A stretch of 64,000 bases of DNA from Octopus vulgaris (GCA_951406725.2 OX597816.1:128030001-128094000); one strand, 5' to 3'. Shown: positions 14,584-27,972, counted from the first letter of the stretch. Notes: generated by a model from the letters alone, not told the origin. Made by a program: numbers and translations.

Positions 14584-15529
14584 AATGGTTGAATCCAAAC
14601 CTATTTTTCCTGGTAATGATATTTTGGCTACTAACCCAGGACGAAATATTAAATCTGTTTGGATCCGACTTCATACTGAACTTGAAGAAAGGACGTGGGA
14701 GCTGTCGAAAACTAGGCACGTCTTTCGTTACTTATTATCTCATGCCTTTAGCTATGAAGACACCAGCAATAGAGACTACTACCAAGATATACAATATGAA
14801 GAAAAGAGGGAAATTTCTTCTGGTGGCAGTAAAACGTTTTTCTCAGTGTTGGTAGCGATTTTTATTATTTTAGATGCATTGTTATTATTTTATCGTTTCA
14901 AATGGATGAAATGTATGCTGTCACAAATTAGATGTGGCTATGTGCAGAAGCTGCCAATGGACACAGTGTCAAGCAAGGTTTATGCAATACAAACAGGTAG
15001 ATCAGCACCACGCCCATATAATCCCCTGGAGCATCCATACAGTTATTATCAAGATAACAAGGAAGATATTTGGTCTGCCAGTGAACTCTACTTTGCTCAA
15101 GCACCAACCAAATCTAAAGAAGACATTCTTAGAGAGATTTGGAATCACCGACGTCGACAAGAACCTAAGTTGAAACGAGAGCGATTGAAAGACTTTTGCT
15201 TTGTTCAATATTTTATACAACTATGCAGACTAATTCTGCGTATTTTAGGATCAAAGCTATTTTTAAAGCTAATCCTGTTTGCTCTTGTTGTATTTTTCTT
15301 GGGGATATTTCTGGCAGCAGCAGACGCAATTCTTACTGCAGACAACATCAAGCTGTTCTTAGACAGACACCTGGGTGCATCTCAGCTGAAGGACCACTTA
15401 CTAATGTCAGACAACACACTGATCAATTATGCGGATTATCTAAATAGACACTTAGTTTTTATCAAGAAATTCGTAGACTGGGAGATTGCAGATTTCAATG
15501 CAGTTCTGGAAGGAGTCAGACAAAATCAG
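14584..15529 (+). CDS. Exon E of 5-TM protein: TM3, cytoplasmic loop, TM4
   Basis: Inside ORF 14567-15580; tcctctttcAG acceptor (phase 2 matches exon D), CAG|GTAAGT donor (phase 0); TMs FFSVLVAIFIILDALLLFY and LFLKLILFALVVFFLGIFLAAA. Confidence 0.92.
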
Positions 15530-17204
15530 GTAAGTTTAGTTTCTGCATTTGTTAAAATATTTATTTTTGTCACTTTATAATTTAAAAATCGTTTAAATAT
15601 CATTAAAACTTGCAATTTAATTGTTCCTCTATTATTACATCCATGTAATTTACTGAAAACACAACCAGGATAGAAAGCTGTTTATTATTAATTGTCATAA
15701 ATCTAAAGACCTCCTTTAGTCATGCAAAATTAGCAATAGCAATCTGATCAGTGACCATTTTACAATAAAAGCATTCTACAGCTATAACAGTTTAAACAAA
15801 TGGTAATGCTTATTGAACCCAGAATATATCAAAGTATACTACTTGAATGTGAATAGCTTGATTATTACAGGAAATAAATCAAACTTGTCTTTCTTTTTAT
15901 TCTTACTGCTCAAGAAATAATATTTTGTCCCTATTCACACTTTTATACTTATAAATGCTTATTGATATTAGGAATTACAATTATAATCAAATATTATAAA
16001 ATATATGAAATGATATGACTTTGCTGATATTCACTAATTTTCCTCATTGTGTATTGCTTCCTTTTGAATATCTTTGCCTTCACTATAAATTTCTGTCCCA
16101 ACAACTTGCCATATTTTTGTGCGCATTTAAATTGCATTTTAGTTCATCTGTTCTATTATATAAAATTGCTCTCTGTTGATTTTGATCACAAATAGTACTC
16201 CAGTTGTTCAATCAAGTAAAATGCCTACTCAAAAGTTAGCATATAATCTGCTGAGTACTCCACAGACATGTGCTTTTAACAAAATTCTCTGATAATCAAC
16301 ATGATAATGTAAGAAGGATGATCATTTGAATTAGAGGTGTAGTCAATGTGATGGTCTTTCACGTAATTTCATTACCCAGTTTTCACTCACAAGACTTTGG
16401 TCATCCCAAGGCTTTAGTGAAAGACATTTGGCCAAGATGATACACAGTGGAAGTGAACCTAAGCTCTCATGATTATAACGTGACTTTCTTAACTTCTCAG
16501 CCAGCCTTCATAGACCCGTCTGCTATTTATACTGCAGTTTCAAAAAAATCACAATACAAATCTAACAAAAATGGCATGAGTAGAGACTCCTCTTTTATTT
16601 GTACAGGTCAAAATTCTTTGGCTCATACATTTGAAACTAAATGTCTAGTGTTTCTTTAAAATATTTGTAGCCATCTTTATTTATATTTTGTGATAAAAGT
16701 AAGAAACTGTTGAGCATTGAATTATAATATTTTACAGGAATTTTTTGTTTTAAAATCAGAAAGGTCATCAAAATGCAAGAAGTATTGAGAATGTATTTAA
16801 TTAGTATACTTTTCTTGATAATAAATTAGGAATACAGAAAACATTATTGTTTTCTAATTTGGATCTTAGAAATAATCTATTCAGTTCCAAGTTAGGTTTA
16901 AGAAAATGATAGACTCTTCCATCAAAGATGACATATGAGTATTCAACTTTTACCATATGACCTGCACAAATGATTTTTTTGTTTTTGATAGTGATCAAAT
17001 GCATGTGCTGTACATTAGCTCATTCCTGCCATCAACTTAATGTTACCTCAACAGGAGCATTGTGTACTATGTGTCAGGTGTTGAAGTGATCACAGAGCAA
17101 CATGAGATGAATTGTTTTGCTCAAGATCACAACATACTACCCAGTCCAGGGGTTGAAACCATGATCTCACAATCACGAGTGCAAGAACCCAAAAGTCTCT
17201 AAAG

Positions 17205-17503
17205 CAAGGGTTCTCAACCATTTTTAATCTATGGTTCCCTTTGATTGCTATTTTATTCTGGTTTAAAAACTAGTTTTATGGAATGCTATTTATTAACGTT
17301 TTCACACATTAATCTGTGAAGGTTGAACTATGTAAAATGTTAGAGAATGAAATTTATCTGCTTCTTGTAATACATACCGACATGTACATCTAAAACAAAA
17401 ATTTTTGCAGGGGCCCTTGAAATACTATTGTGGATCCCCATTTATTTACAAAAATCTTATATGGACCCTCAGGGGCCATATGGACCTTGGTTGAGAATCA
17501 CTG
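17205..17503. mobile_element. hAT/Charlie-like MITE
   Basis: TIRs caagggttctcaacc / ggttgagaatcactg; TSD not evident. Confidence 0.65.
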
Positions 17504-17639
17504 GAAAGATTACAATAGTTGGAAAGATCTCAAAACAAAACCAACTGAAGATAATAATCATCAAAGCAGTCACTACACAGACCATGCTCATGTTGAGATA
17601 CTCTGCTTCTTTTTCAAAATGGACAAAGGGTTACAGAAA

Positions 17640-18560
17640 TAAGGTAGAAGAACTAAGAATTTGCCCACAAGGCATAGCACACACAACCCTAAAAGTAATA
17701 TCACCAGGCTCTATTTACTAAAAGATGAGGCAGAGGTGTGTTGAATGTAGAAAACATGATCACACCTATAATGGGTACAAAAAGCTAAGTTGTGCATAGT
17801 GAGGGAAGTCTATCATCTATAACTTGAAACATGAAAAGTTACTGAAACAGTGAAAGAATAGTCACAAGAACAGCAGAGCAAATAGCTCGAAAAAAGGGAG
17901 AACTTTTAAGTCCAGTTCATGCATCAAACCAAAGCAGCTGAAACTGAAAAGTGCTTGTTACGGCTGAAAGATGGAAATTTGAAATGGGGAACTGAATTAC
18001 TAATTATAGCTGCTCAAGAACAAGTCATTAGAATAAATTTGATAAAGACAAAGATTGATAAAAGTCAGGCAGACAGCAAGAGCATGTGGAAAAGTGGATG
18101 AAAGCATTCACATCTTTAAATTGAATGCAGTAAGTGAGCACAAAAAAGTATAAATGGAGGCATAATTGTGTCAGTAAAAGAGTGCTTTATCAAACCAAAT
18201 TTGTAAATTTCAAGTGATTGGAAAGCAGTAAGAGGGTGAGTCAAAGGTAGTCATGGTGAGTAATAATTACAGGATTTTATGGACTTTCCCTATAGAGACT
18301 GATCATTCTATTACAGCAAAGAAACCAAATATGTTTATTGTAGACAGAAAGAATAAACAGATCATTGACTTTGCAGTCATGTATGATAAATAGAGTGAAT
18401 TGTGAAAGTGAGAAAATCAAGTGATATTAGGACTTAGTCTAAAAGATGAAGAGATAGTGGAAAATTTTTGCTGTGAGAATTGGTACTCAGCACAATACTG
18501 GAACTGCTATTTGTGGCACTGAAGACTATTAGAATTAAAGTATGTACTGTTGTTCTGTAG
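17640..18560 (+). pseudogene. R4/Dong-like non-LTR retrotransposon C-terminal fragment (zinc knuckle/RLE region)
   Basis: Decayed reading LKDGNLKWGTELLIIAAQEQVIRINLIKTKIDKSQADSK, then LWTFPIETDHSITAKKPN..IVD resembling the RLE region of R2/R4-group elements. Confidence 0.7.
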
Positions 18561-19100
18561 AAAAATTTATTGACCCCCAAAAGGATGAAAGGTAAAATCA
18601 ATGTCAGTGGAATTTGAACTCAAAATGTAAAGACAGAAGAAATACCACTAAGAATTTTGTCTGGTGTGGTAAAGATTCTGACAGATTGCCACTTTACTAC
18701 TACTAATAATAATGGTTTCAAATGTTGGTACAATGCCAACAACTTCAGGGGAGAGGATAAGTCAATTACATCAACCCTAGTACTTGACTGTTGCTTATTT
18801 TATTTACCCCAAAATGATAAAAGGTAAAGTTGACCTCAGTGAAATTGGAACTCAGAACATAAAGACAGGTGAAATGCTGCTAGGCATTTTTTCACCCTGA
18901 ATGCTAACAATTCTACAGCTTGCTGCATTCTTTTCAAACTTTGGCACAAGGCCAGCAATTTTGGAAGGGCATATATCTTCCACATCAACCCCCTAGTACT
19001 CAACTGGTAATTTTATCAACCCCAAAAGGATGAAAATTAAAGTCGACCTCGGCGGAATTTGAACTCAGAACATAAAGACAGACAAAATGTTGCTAAGCTT
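18560..19100 (-). mobile_element. Cluster of three tandem family-1 SINE copies
   Basis: Three repeats of accccaaaaggatgaaaggtaaagt.gacctc...gaactcagaac. Confidence 0.75.
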
Positions 19101-19577
19101 GATTGTTTCAAAAAGTATCCAATAACAATTAAAACACAAAGAAATTTATAAAAATGTAGAACTTTCTAAATAATACTCTGTAAAGTTTATTGATTACTAC
19201 AACATATGATTGATGTATTACACATGTTTGGAGTATCTTGCAATCTGGTACTGTAAACAAACTATGAACACAAAAACCTATCTGTTCCACCAACACCAGC
19301 ATTACTCATAAAAATGATAAATAATTCAAATAAAAAATATTGATGTTCAGATGACCATGTTTGTTGATAGTGAAATCTGTTCTTTCAATCAGATGGAAAA
19401 AAAAAATATGAAAAACTGCATGCTAAACTCAGAGACCAAGAATGAATAAACCAACTAGCCAACTAAAATCATAGCAATCTAAAGAAAGGACCAAACGTTG
19501 CTTCTCAAGTCTCACAAATGCAACAGAAAATGCTTAGATTGACATGTATGGATATTTTGCAGTGAAGCAAGGGTAGT

Positions 19578-19770
19578 TGGTTGGCAGGACTGTTAGAACA
19601 TTGGCAAAATTTCTTGCAGTATTCATTCTAGCTCTTTACATTCAAAATACAAATCCTAAGTTCATCCTTCTTGGGCTGATAAAATAGAGTACCAGTCTAG
19701 TATTGGGGTTGATGGTGTTGACTAACCTCCCTCTCCCCAAAATAGGAAGCAGTGTTCCTAAATTTCAGAG
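19578..19770 (+). mobile_element. Degenerate family-1 SINE
   Basis: ttcatccttcttgggctgataaaatagagtaccag core in + orientation. Confidence 0.6.
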
Positions 19771-20047
19771 ACACTCAAAAGATGAAAATATAATATATTC
19801 ATGTAAAATTTGGAAGGAAACAAACATATTGCTGGACCTAAACAGAAGAAGAAAAATGCATTCGCAATGAAAAAAAATTTTCAGTAATTGAAATAGAATG
19901 TGTGAAAGAAAGAATGCATTATGGAAGCAATAGTAGCAAACACAAAATGCCTCAATTCATTCTTAACATAAAGCCATGCAGATAGAACATGGGCGAAATG
20001 AATTACAAAACACTGCAAATCTAACCCCTAGAACACCCGTAGAATAT

Positions 20048-20263
20048 TGATTTCACATTTTTGGCACAAGGCCAGCAATTTCAGAGGAGCATGGGAGTTG
20101 ATTACATCAACCTCAGTGTACAGTTGGTACTTATTTTATCAATCCCAAAAGGATGAAAAGCAAGGTTGATCCTTGTGGAATTTAAAATCATAACATAGAG
20201 ACAGACAAAATGCCACTTAACATTTTGCCCAGTGTGCCAACAATTCTGCCAGCTCACTGCCCT
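20048..20263 (-). mobile_element. Family-1 SINE
   Basis: Same core on - strand; flanked by agaacaccc.(t/c)agaatatt duplication. Confidence 0.7.
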
Positions 20264-20682
20264 CAGAACACCCACAGAATATTAAACTGAATAACATAAG
20301 TAAAAAGAAAGTGGGAAAGATTTATGAATAAGAAATTCAAAAGATGGAAATCATAACCATGATAAACGAAAGCTGAAAATAATTCAAGCATTACAAACAA
20401 AATATAACCTTTCAGTAGGCCAACTACAGCATCTACTGAGGATAAAACTCAATGATAGCAATAAAAGATGCAAATGTTGCCAACACAGACTAAAAGCAAA
20501 TACAAACATCAGTATCACCAATCTGAATGAATTACTATATATATGCAGCAGTAGTTTTAAAAGGAATAAGGCACTCCTTCATATTTACTTAAATAGGAAT
20601 ATCAAATCTCATACAAACGACATGGAAGGCAAATATACCGAAAGAGGTTGAAAATAAGAGAAAAATGTCTCTCAATTCTTAA

Positions 20683-20835
20683 CCCTTTAGTTTAAATTTC
20701 ATAGTTATTCTGGTAATGATGTTAAATATCTACCAAAAATTAGAATTAGATTTTCTACAAGTCACGTTGCCTCAACTCAGCATGCCCCATCAAAAGAAGT
20801 AGTTTCAAACATGACATTTATCAACAAAATATAGA

Positions 20836-20894
<59 letters not shown>

Positions 20895-21095
20895 TTAGGG
20901 AGTATATCCAAACTTACTTATTATATTATATTATATTTAACTTTTTTATACTTTTTGGTAAGTATAAAAAAAATGAATAAAAAATTCATAGTTTATAAAT
21001 TTAATAATTTAAAATTTTTTTTTAATTTTTAAATATATAAAAATATAATAATTTATAAATATAAATTTTAAATTTTAATAATTTAAATTTTATAT

Positions 21096-21128
<33 letters not shown>

Positions 21129-21303
21129 TGTATATTATATTATTTATTTTTTTATGTTTTGGTTTATGTCTATCACTGTTTGAGTTGCCTAATAGTGGTT
21201 TTATCTCTAATTTAATTTATATATATATGTATGTATAACTGCTTTCTGCAGTTAAGGGTAATGAAATTTTGAGTAGATGTACCTGATTTCTGTGGTAAAA
21301 GGG
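20683..21303. mobile_element. piggyBac-like MITE with internal (TA)n/AT-palindromic insertion
   Basis: TTAA-cccttt ... aaaggg-TTAA ends; related copy at ~52470-52680 (tctaccaaaaattagaatt; ctgattt...tggtaaaa.ggtt). Confidence 0.6.
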
Positions 21304-21309
21304 TTAATG

Positions 21310-23000
21310 GAAATGATTTTAAAAAAGTTCACCCTTCCAAAAAAAAAGCAAGAAGAGAAGACAGGTACTAGAGAAATGTAAAAAAAAGAAAACAGTATTT
21401 AACTCCAAGAAAACGTGAAACAAGATCTTTGCTAAATCACATAAAATTCCATCAGTATGAAAATTAACAGCAACTCTTTGAATGAAACAAACTGTTAGAC
21501 TCTAACTCAAAATGAGTTTATCAAAAACTTGGTTAAATAAAATAGAAATCAATGTAGCACCAATACAAGAGAAACAGAAGTATTCTGGGAAAGAGAATAC
21601 AGCATCAAAGATATCACTTGTGACAAAATTTTTCAAAATAATAAACACAGCATTTAAACAATCTTGGGAAGACATATTAAAAGAAAAAGAGCCCAAGTGC
21701 TGAAGATAAAGCAAACAAGTGAAAAACATCAGGTTTTATTTTTCCTTAAATATTTTAATCAGGAAATCTTAACATGAACACATAAGTTTCTACATACTAG
21801 CAGAGCAAGAAGATTCCTGAATGGCTCACTAAAAGGAACACCATCTTAATCTTCAAGACACAAATCTTCAAAGCAACAAATCCATAATCTAGCTCCCTAC
21901 AATCTATAAAGCTTTACCTGCAAAAATATCACGAATATATAAACACCTGGATAAAAAGCAACATGTTTCCAGGTCAGAAGAATGCTGAAGGCTCATTTAA
22001 CTGTAAATCTCAATTATGCTTCAAAAAAGCTTTAAACGAAGAGCAAGGAGGAGAAAAATGGTTTGAACATGGCATAAATTGACTACCAGAAAGTTGTTGA
22101 AGTATTCCCCCACTCATACATCCTGGAAGGTAGCACCAGTAATGGGAAGATAAATAAAAACTTATGAGTAAATGACAAAAGATTTTGTTCTTTCAGACAA
22201 ATAAGGCTATTATAGAAATAAAACCCGTCTCTGTTAGAGGAGGAAAACTTCGAGTGAGCTCACTTTATCCTCTCTTTTCCTACCTGATAATGGTACCTAT
22301 AAATTGGCATGTTTAGCTGAAATAGATTCAGATACAAATCAGGATCTTTTCTATATAGATAATCTCAAATTGTATGCTGTGAATAATAAAATATTAGAAA
22401 CATTTCTGCAGACAGTATATGGATTTATCTGAGAAACTGATGTGAGGTTCTGTTTAGAAAAATGTACCAAGGCAATTTGAAGAGAGAAAAATAAGAGCAC
22501 TAATATCATTCTAGGTAAAGAAACTGAGATAAGTGAATTATCAGAAACAAAAGGTATATTGGACTTAATCGACTACACAAACAAATCAAGGAATATATTA
22601 GAAAAAAATATCATTGAGACATTAGATTAATACTTTGAAAGAGCTAAATACCAAAAAATAAAAGATACATAGATAAAAATAAGGTCATAAGCATCAGTTC
22701 TAGTAATAAGTTATAAATATTTTCAATTGAGGACTGAATGAGAGCTAAATAAAAGAAAAATAGTGACTGCATTTAGAATACACCACCCAGCATCTAATAT
22801 AAAGTGGCAATATTTACCACAAATGCAGAAAGGTAGGAGTATCTTGTGACTGGAAAACTATTATGACATAGTTATTGCATGACTAGAAAATATTTAGTGG
22901 AAATTATGGAAAATTAATGCAAATAGCTATGAAACACAAACAAAAAATTTGTTTTTTATCTTCAAGGATGCATAATAGATAATTATAAAGAAAAAGAAGA
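21310..23000 (+). pseudogene. R4/Dong-like reverse transcriptase remnant (C-terminal remnant resumes ~23980-24330)
   Basis: Frameshifted RT motifs PTIYKAL, NMA*IDYQKVVEVFPHSYI, LFYIDNLKLYA and CLEKC; ends in (TAA)n at ~24330. Confidence 0.7.
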
Positions 23001-24347
23001 GGGCAATGGAATTGCAGGAAGGTTAAAGGAGAAAGTATTTTTTATATGTGGAAAATGCACAGGTGCCATAAAATCTGATGTCACATGGGATATTTATTTT
23101 ATTTAAATGCCTTGTAGCCTCCCTAGAAGGAGTAAATAGGCAACCTAATTAGCAGTGCAGGAGTCTGTTCTGAAAGTGTAGTTGCTAGAATAAGAATAGG
23201 ATGGAGAAACCACTTGATTATGCTTTAATGTACATGCAAGGCCTTGTTTCTTACCCCACTCCATATTTTTAATCCTTCCCTATCTATGGTCCTATTCAGT
23301 TGCTGCACACATTAGAGAGCACAATCAGCACATATTACATCCCATCCCCTTCCTAATAGGCTCCCACTTTCCTCATCACCCTTGTCCACACTATTTCAAC
23401 CAATCATCCCCTTTCTGTGCCTTCTGCCACTGCTCTCTCTCTCTCTTCCCTACTGTACTCCATTCTAAACACCTCTCTTACTTGCTATCATTCTCAATGC
23501 CTATATTTTCAGTCATGACCCACCTATCTACTATAGTCCCTATGCATCCCTATATCTTCATCTCCACTGCTCTGATACCTTGCACATATTTTTTGTTCTA
23601 TTTTCCTTGAGTCACTCATATCTTCCACCTTGCCCCTCTCCATACTGCTATTTCCCATCATCATCACACTTTTTCATCATTTACTATATTAACCTCTAAC
23701 CTCTACTTCCACCTGTTTCCTCCCCACCTCACACTTTTATTAAATCATTTGCTCTCTCAGCCTCTCCCATCATCTGTCTGTATCTTAACCCTTCTTGCTG
23801 CTTGAAAGTTTGCTCTAGCACCACTTCCTCTCATCTCCTCTTATTGTAAGACATCTGTGCTTGTCCTCTATCAACACCTTGCATAAGGCCACTTGCTTCC
23901 ATCTTCCTCTCCTAAATACTGACTGTGAATTTCAAGATTTTGTATTGCTGCAAAAGACCAAATCCTCACCATAACCCCACTATAAACCACCAAAAGCATA
24001 TAAAGAAGCAGAATAGAGTAACTTCAAGTTTGTGAGGAAGATAAAAACAATTAACCCCATTGTCTCTGAAAGCCCACTCTTAACCAAGTATGATATAGTC
24101 AGGCCTTTCATATACTGAAATTTATGCAGCATTATGAAGTACAGAAAAGAATTGGGATAAACAAGAATGCACCAATTAAGGTATCTGACAATGAAAAACC
24201 AGCCATACCCCTAAAATTCTTCAAGATGTATGCGAGTAAAAGATAAAAGATACCCAAAGTACACAGTGCTGTACTTGGTAGAGCTGCAAAAGCACACAAT
24301 AAAATTTGAGCTACAGAATGATAATGATGATAATAATAATAATAATT

Positions 24348-24550
24348 GTTTTGAAATTAGGCACTAGGCCAGCAGATTTGGAGTAAAGGGTTTAGTTAAT
24401 TACATTGACTCCAGTACTTGACTAGTACATTATTTTATCAACCCTGAAACAATGGAATGCAAAGTTGAGCTCAGCACGATTTGAATAAAGCGTCAGAATA
24501 TATTCTGCAAAGCATTTTTTTTAATGAATAATGATTATGTCAATCCACCA
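24348..24550 (-). mobile_element. Degenerate family-1 SINE
   Basis: Degenerate core after (TAA)n. Confidence 0.55.
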
Positions 24551-24823
24551 ATAATTAACCATTTCATAGGTTTTTTCTTTTTCTTTTTTTTTTTTCATGA
24601 TTAATTTTAGAGTTGAGCATAATAACCACCAGCAATTTTGAGCCACATTGGTATCCAATTTTTCTAAATAATCTTTTTCTCAAACTAATTAAATATTTTA
24701 TAATGAATATGTTTTCCTCTTTTATTATGTAATTATGTAATACTGATGTTGGTTAGCACTCAAATTGCAATAGACTATAATCAGTTATATTTTCAAGCAA
24801 TATCTTTGTGTGAAAATACATGA

Positions 24824-24858
<35 letters not shown>

Positions 24859-25299
24859 CATATATATATATGTGTGTGTGTGTGTGTCAAAACAATTGTT
24901 GTGATTAATAAAAATTCCCGTATCTTCCATCTTCCAGGTTTCATTTACCATATATACGTGTGTTTGTGTATATATGTATGTATGTATATGTGCATGTGTG
25001 TATACATATATATATATCAAACTAAAGTTATAGAACAAACAAATGCAAGGTCATCCAATAACATTTCATAACTCGAACATTTAATCATACAAAATACATT
25101 TAGACATCACGGAAGATAGAATATAATTCATCTGTACAAGCATATAATAAAGTGCGAGAAGAAATGTGTGAATATATGTGAATACAGTTAAAAGTTAATA
25201 CTTTAGTGATTAAGAAAAATATATTTAAAAAAAAAAACCATTACAACACCTAGAAGGTAAGACGTAAAAATATAGTATAAAGTAATATATATATATATA

Positions 25300-25810
25300 T
25301 CTATATATATATAAAACTGTAGTTGTGTGAGTGTCTGTCCCCTTCGATTTAGATTCCTAACTACTCCCACATTTTGCGGTGCAGTTTAACCAAATTCGGG
25401 TATCTTATAGTCGTGATTCATATCGAGCCCGTTTGAGTATTAGCGCGCGTCTACGATGAGTCTACGATTTTAAAAATAATTTAAAATCATTTTTTATTCC
25501 ATTTTAATGCATATTTTTTCGTGTGTCGATGGCGGCGGAGTTGGCGTCCATGGTCACACCTGCACCTGTTTGCTTCTCCCCCTTCTTCCCTCCCTCGTGA
25601 AGCTGTGGGGAAGGGAGTGTAAGGAAATCAACGTCGTAAAGCGTTGTCAAGGAGACCAGCGTTCTTTTAGAACAACGACTTCATAGCTTGAAGACACCAA
25701 AACAGAAATGGCTAAGAAAGCCCGAATTGGCATCTATAAGGGAAGTAACTCTCTAAAAATGCTTATATAGTTATTTCCCTTACAAACCCGAGCAACGCCA
25801 GGCGATACTG

Positions 25811-25813
<3 letters not shown>
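25300..25813 (+). mobile_element. Non-autonomous Helitron-like element
   Basis: 5' TC-tatatatatataaa start; CpG-rich body; 3' cccgagcaacgccaggcgatactgcta (imperfect hairpin plus CTA(G)-like end); no TSD; sits in (TA)n. Confidence 0.6.
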
Positions 25814-25859
<46 letters not shown>

Positions 25860-26121
25860 TATATAAAAATATATAAATATAGAAAGCATATAAAAATATA
25901 TAATATATAAGCTAAGAAAATGGAGAAATACATCTAAATCAAATATCAATTACCAGATAATACTCAATCACATACTTTATTAAACCACCACATAAGTGAC
26001 TGTAGGGTTAGATATAAAAGCAGAACAAATCAGTGTACATAAATGAATGTACATAAAAAAGTAATATTGTATAATAAGTAGAATATATATAAAAGAGAAT
26101 ATAAATATAAGTATAGATTAT

Positions 26122-26248
26122 ATCTTACAGCTGTTTCGGCCATGTAGATAAGTATGTCTCATTTTACCAATATTTGCCCTTTATGGTAGGTCAATATATA
26201 GATATAAATGAGACATTTACAAAAATATCATAAGGCCTCTTCGGAGAT
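26122..26248 (-). ncRNA. Minimal type I hammerhead ribozyme-like motif with extended stem II
   Basis: - strand: ATCT-CCGAAGA-GGCC-[92 nt]-GGCC-GAAAC-AGCT-GTA-AGAT; stems I, II and III all pair; one core deviation (U4C). Confidence 0.65.
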
Positions 26249-26551
26249 TATGTAATATAAATCAGTCTACATATATACCTACATGGGTGTGGGTGCATAC
26301 CCATAATACAACATATACATATAAGTGCATATACTCACACTCCTATACATATAAAAATACCTCATTCAATTGAGCATTTCTATAGCAGTCCTATTAAACA
26401 TTTTGTTCCTGATAAGAAACAATTACTGAATTATTGATATTTATACATATATATATACATATATGTTTTATACTCACATATCTGTATACACACAGGCATG
26501 TATACATACATACATACATACATATATATACACATATATATATATATATAT

Positions 26552-26805
26552 CATCATCATCATTTAACGTCCACTTTCCATGCTAGCATGGGTTGGACGG
26601 TTCAACTGGAGTCTGTGAAGCCAGAAGGCTGTTCAGGCCCAGTCTGATCTGGCAGTGTTTCTATGGCTGGATGCCCTTCCTAACGCCAACCACTCCGTGA
26701 GTGTAGTGGGTGCTTTTTACGTGCCTCCCGCACAGGTGCCAGACAGAGCTGGCAGACGGCCACAGACGGATGGTGCTTTTACGTGCCACCGGCACAGGGG
26801 CCAGA
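26552..26805 (-). mobile_element. RTE-type 3' end repeat, truncated next to a palindromic element
   Basis: catcatcatttaacgtccactttccatgctagcatgggttggacg... is the reverse complement of the 1120-1549 family. Confidence 0.8.
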
Positions 26806-26818
26806 AGCATTGTGCAGA

Positions 26819-27098
26819 ATATATTGTATAAAGAATTGTGTGTAAGGCCAGAACAATGCGAAGTAAATGCAAGGCAAATCACAAGACAACAAATATATGT
26901 ATTATTGTAGACTTACCTTGCATTCAATATTTTGGGGTTATGACCCCATTTCGTCAGATTCTTGAAAATGAGGTCATAACCCTGAAATATTGAATGCAAG
27001 GTAAGTCTACATTAATTCATAGATTTGTTTTCTTGGGATTTGCCTTGCATTTACTTTGCATTGTTTTAGCCTTACCTATGATCCTTTATACAACATAT
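26819..27098. repeat. Long imperfect palindrome (~135-bp arms) with hammerhead-like core
   Basis: e.g. gtagacttaccttgcattcaatattt / aaatattgaatgcaaggtaagtctac; - strand reads CTGACGA-aat-GGGG-tcataa-CCCC near the axis. Confidence 0.85.
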
Positions 27099-27099
27099 A

Positions 27100-27400
27100 T
27101 AAATATATATATATATATATTTATATATTTGTATATGTGTGCATGTGTATGTGTATATATGTATAGACAATAATATATATATATGTATGTATACATTTAT
27201 ATATATAAATATGTACACATACATATATATGTGTACACATATTTATCTATATATACACATACAGACATATATATGTACACACACACACACATACAGACAT
27301 ATATAGGTACATACACACACACACACAGAGACATATATATGTACACACACACACACACACGCATACATATATATATATATACACACACACATATATATTT
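27100..27400. repeat. (TA)n/(CA)n compound microsatellite
   Basis: Direct reading. Confidence 0.9.
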
Positions 27401-27900
27401 CTTATGAAATCTAGGAACTGGAATCCTAGTTTACCTCTATACTTGGAGCTCTTAACTGCAGACGAATTAGACTATGATTAATCTTAAGCATTTTGTTAAT
27501 CTTGACACTGTCTACATTAGATACACCCAGAGAAACACTGTGTAACGTTTGAGTTTTATTTTATTTATTTATATTTTTGTATTATCCGGTACTGTTTTCT
27601 TTTAATTATTGGACATTGTTTGTTTCTTATGTTGTTAACTGAGGCACTAGAAACACAAGTGTATATGTACCATGCAAACCCTGTGTGTGTTGGTGACTTT
27701 CCTTATGAGTTAGGAATTTCATTTCCACATCATAACTTAATCAAATAGCCAAAAGACTAGTGCTCCTGTTGTTATATTTTCTTTGACTTGTTAACCTCTT
27801 ACATCAAAACATAACATAACATAGCATGTGACAGTGCTGACTGAGCAGACCTATGATCAAAATCCGACTTTGACCATCCTGTCTTTTTCTTTCAGGCATA

Positions 27901-27901
<1 letters not shown>

Positions 27902-27959
<58 letters not shown>

Positions 27960-27972
27960 CATATATATATAT

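Noticed and set aside
14562-15447. Alternate-frame and antisense ORFs overlapping exon E
   Set aside because: Shadows of the real coding exon
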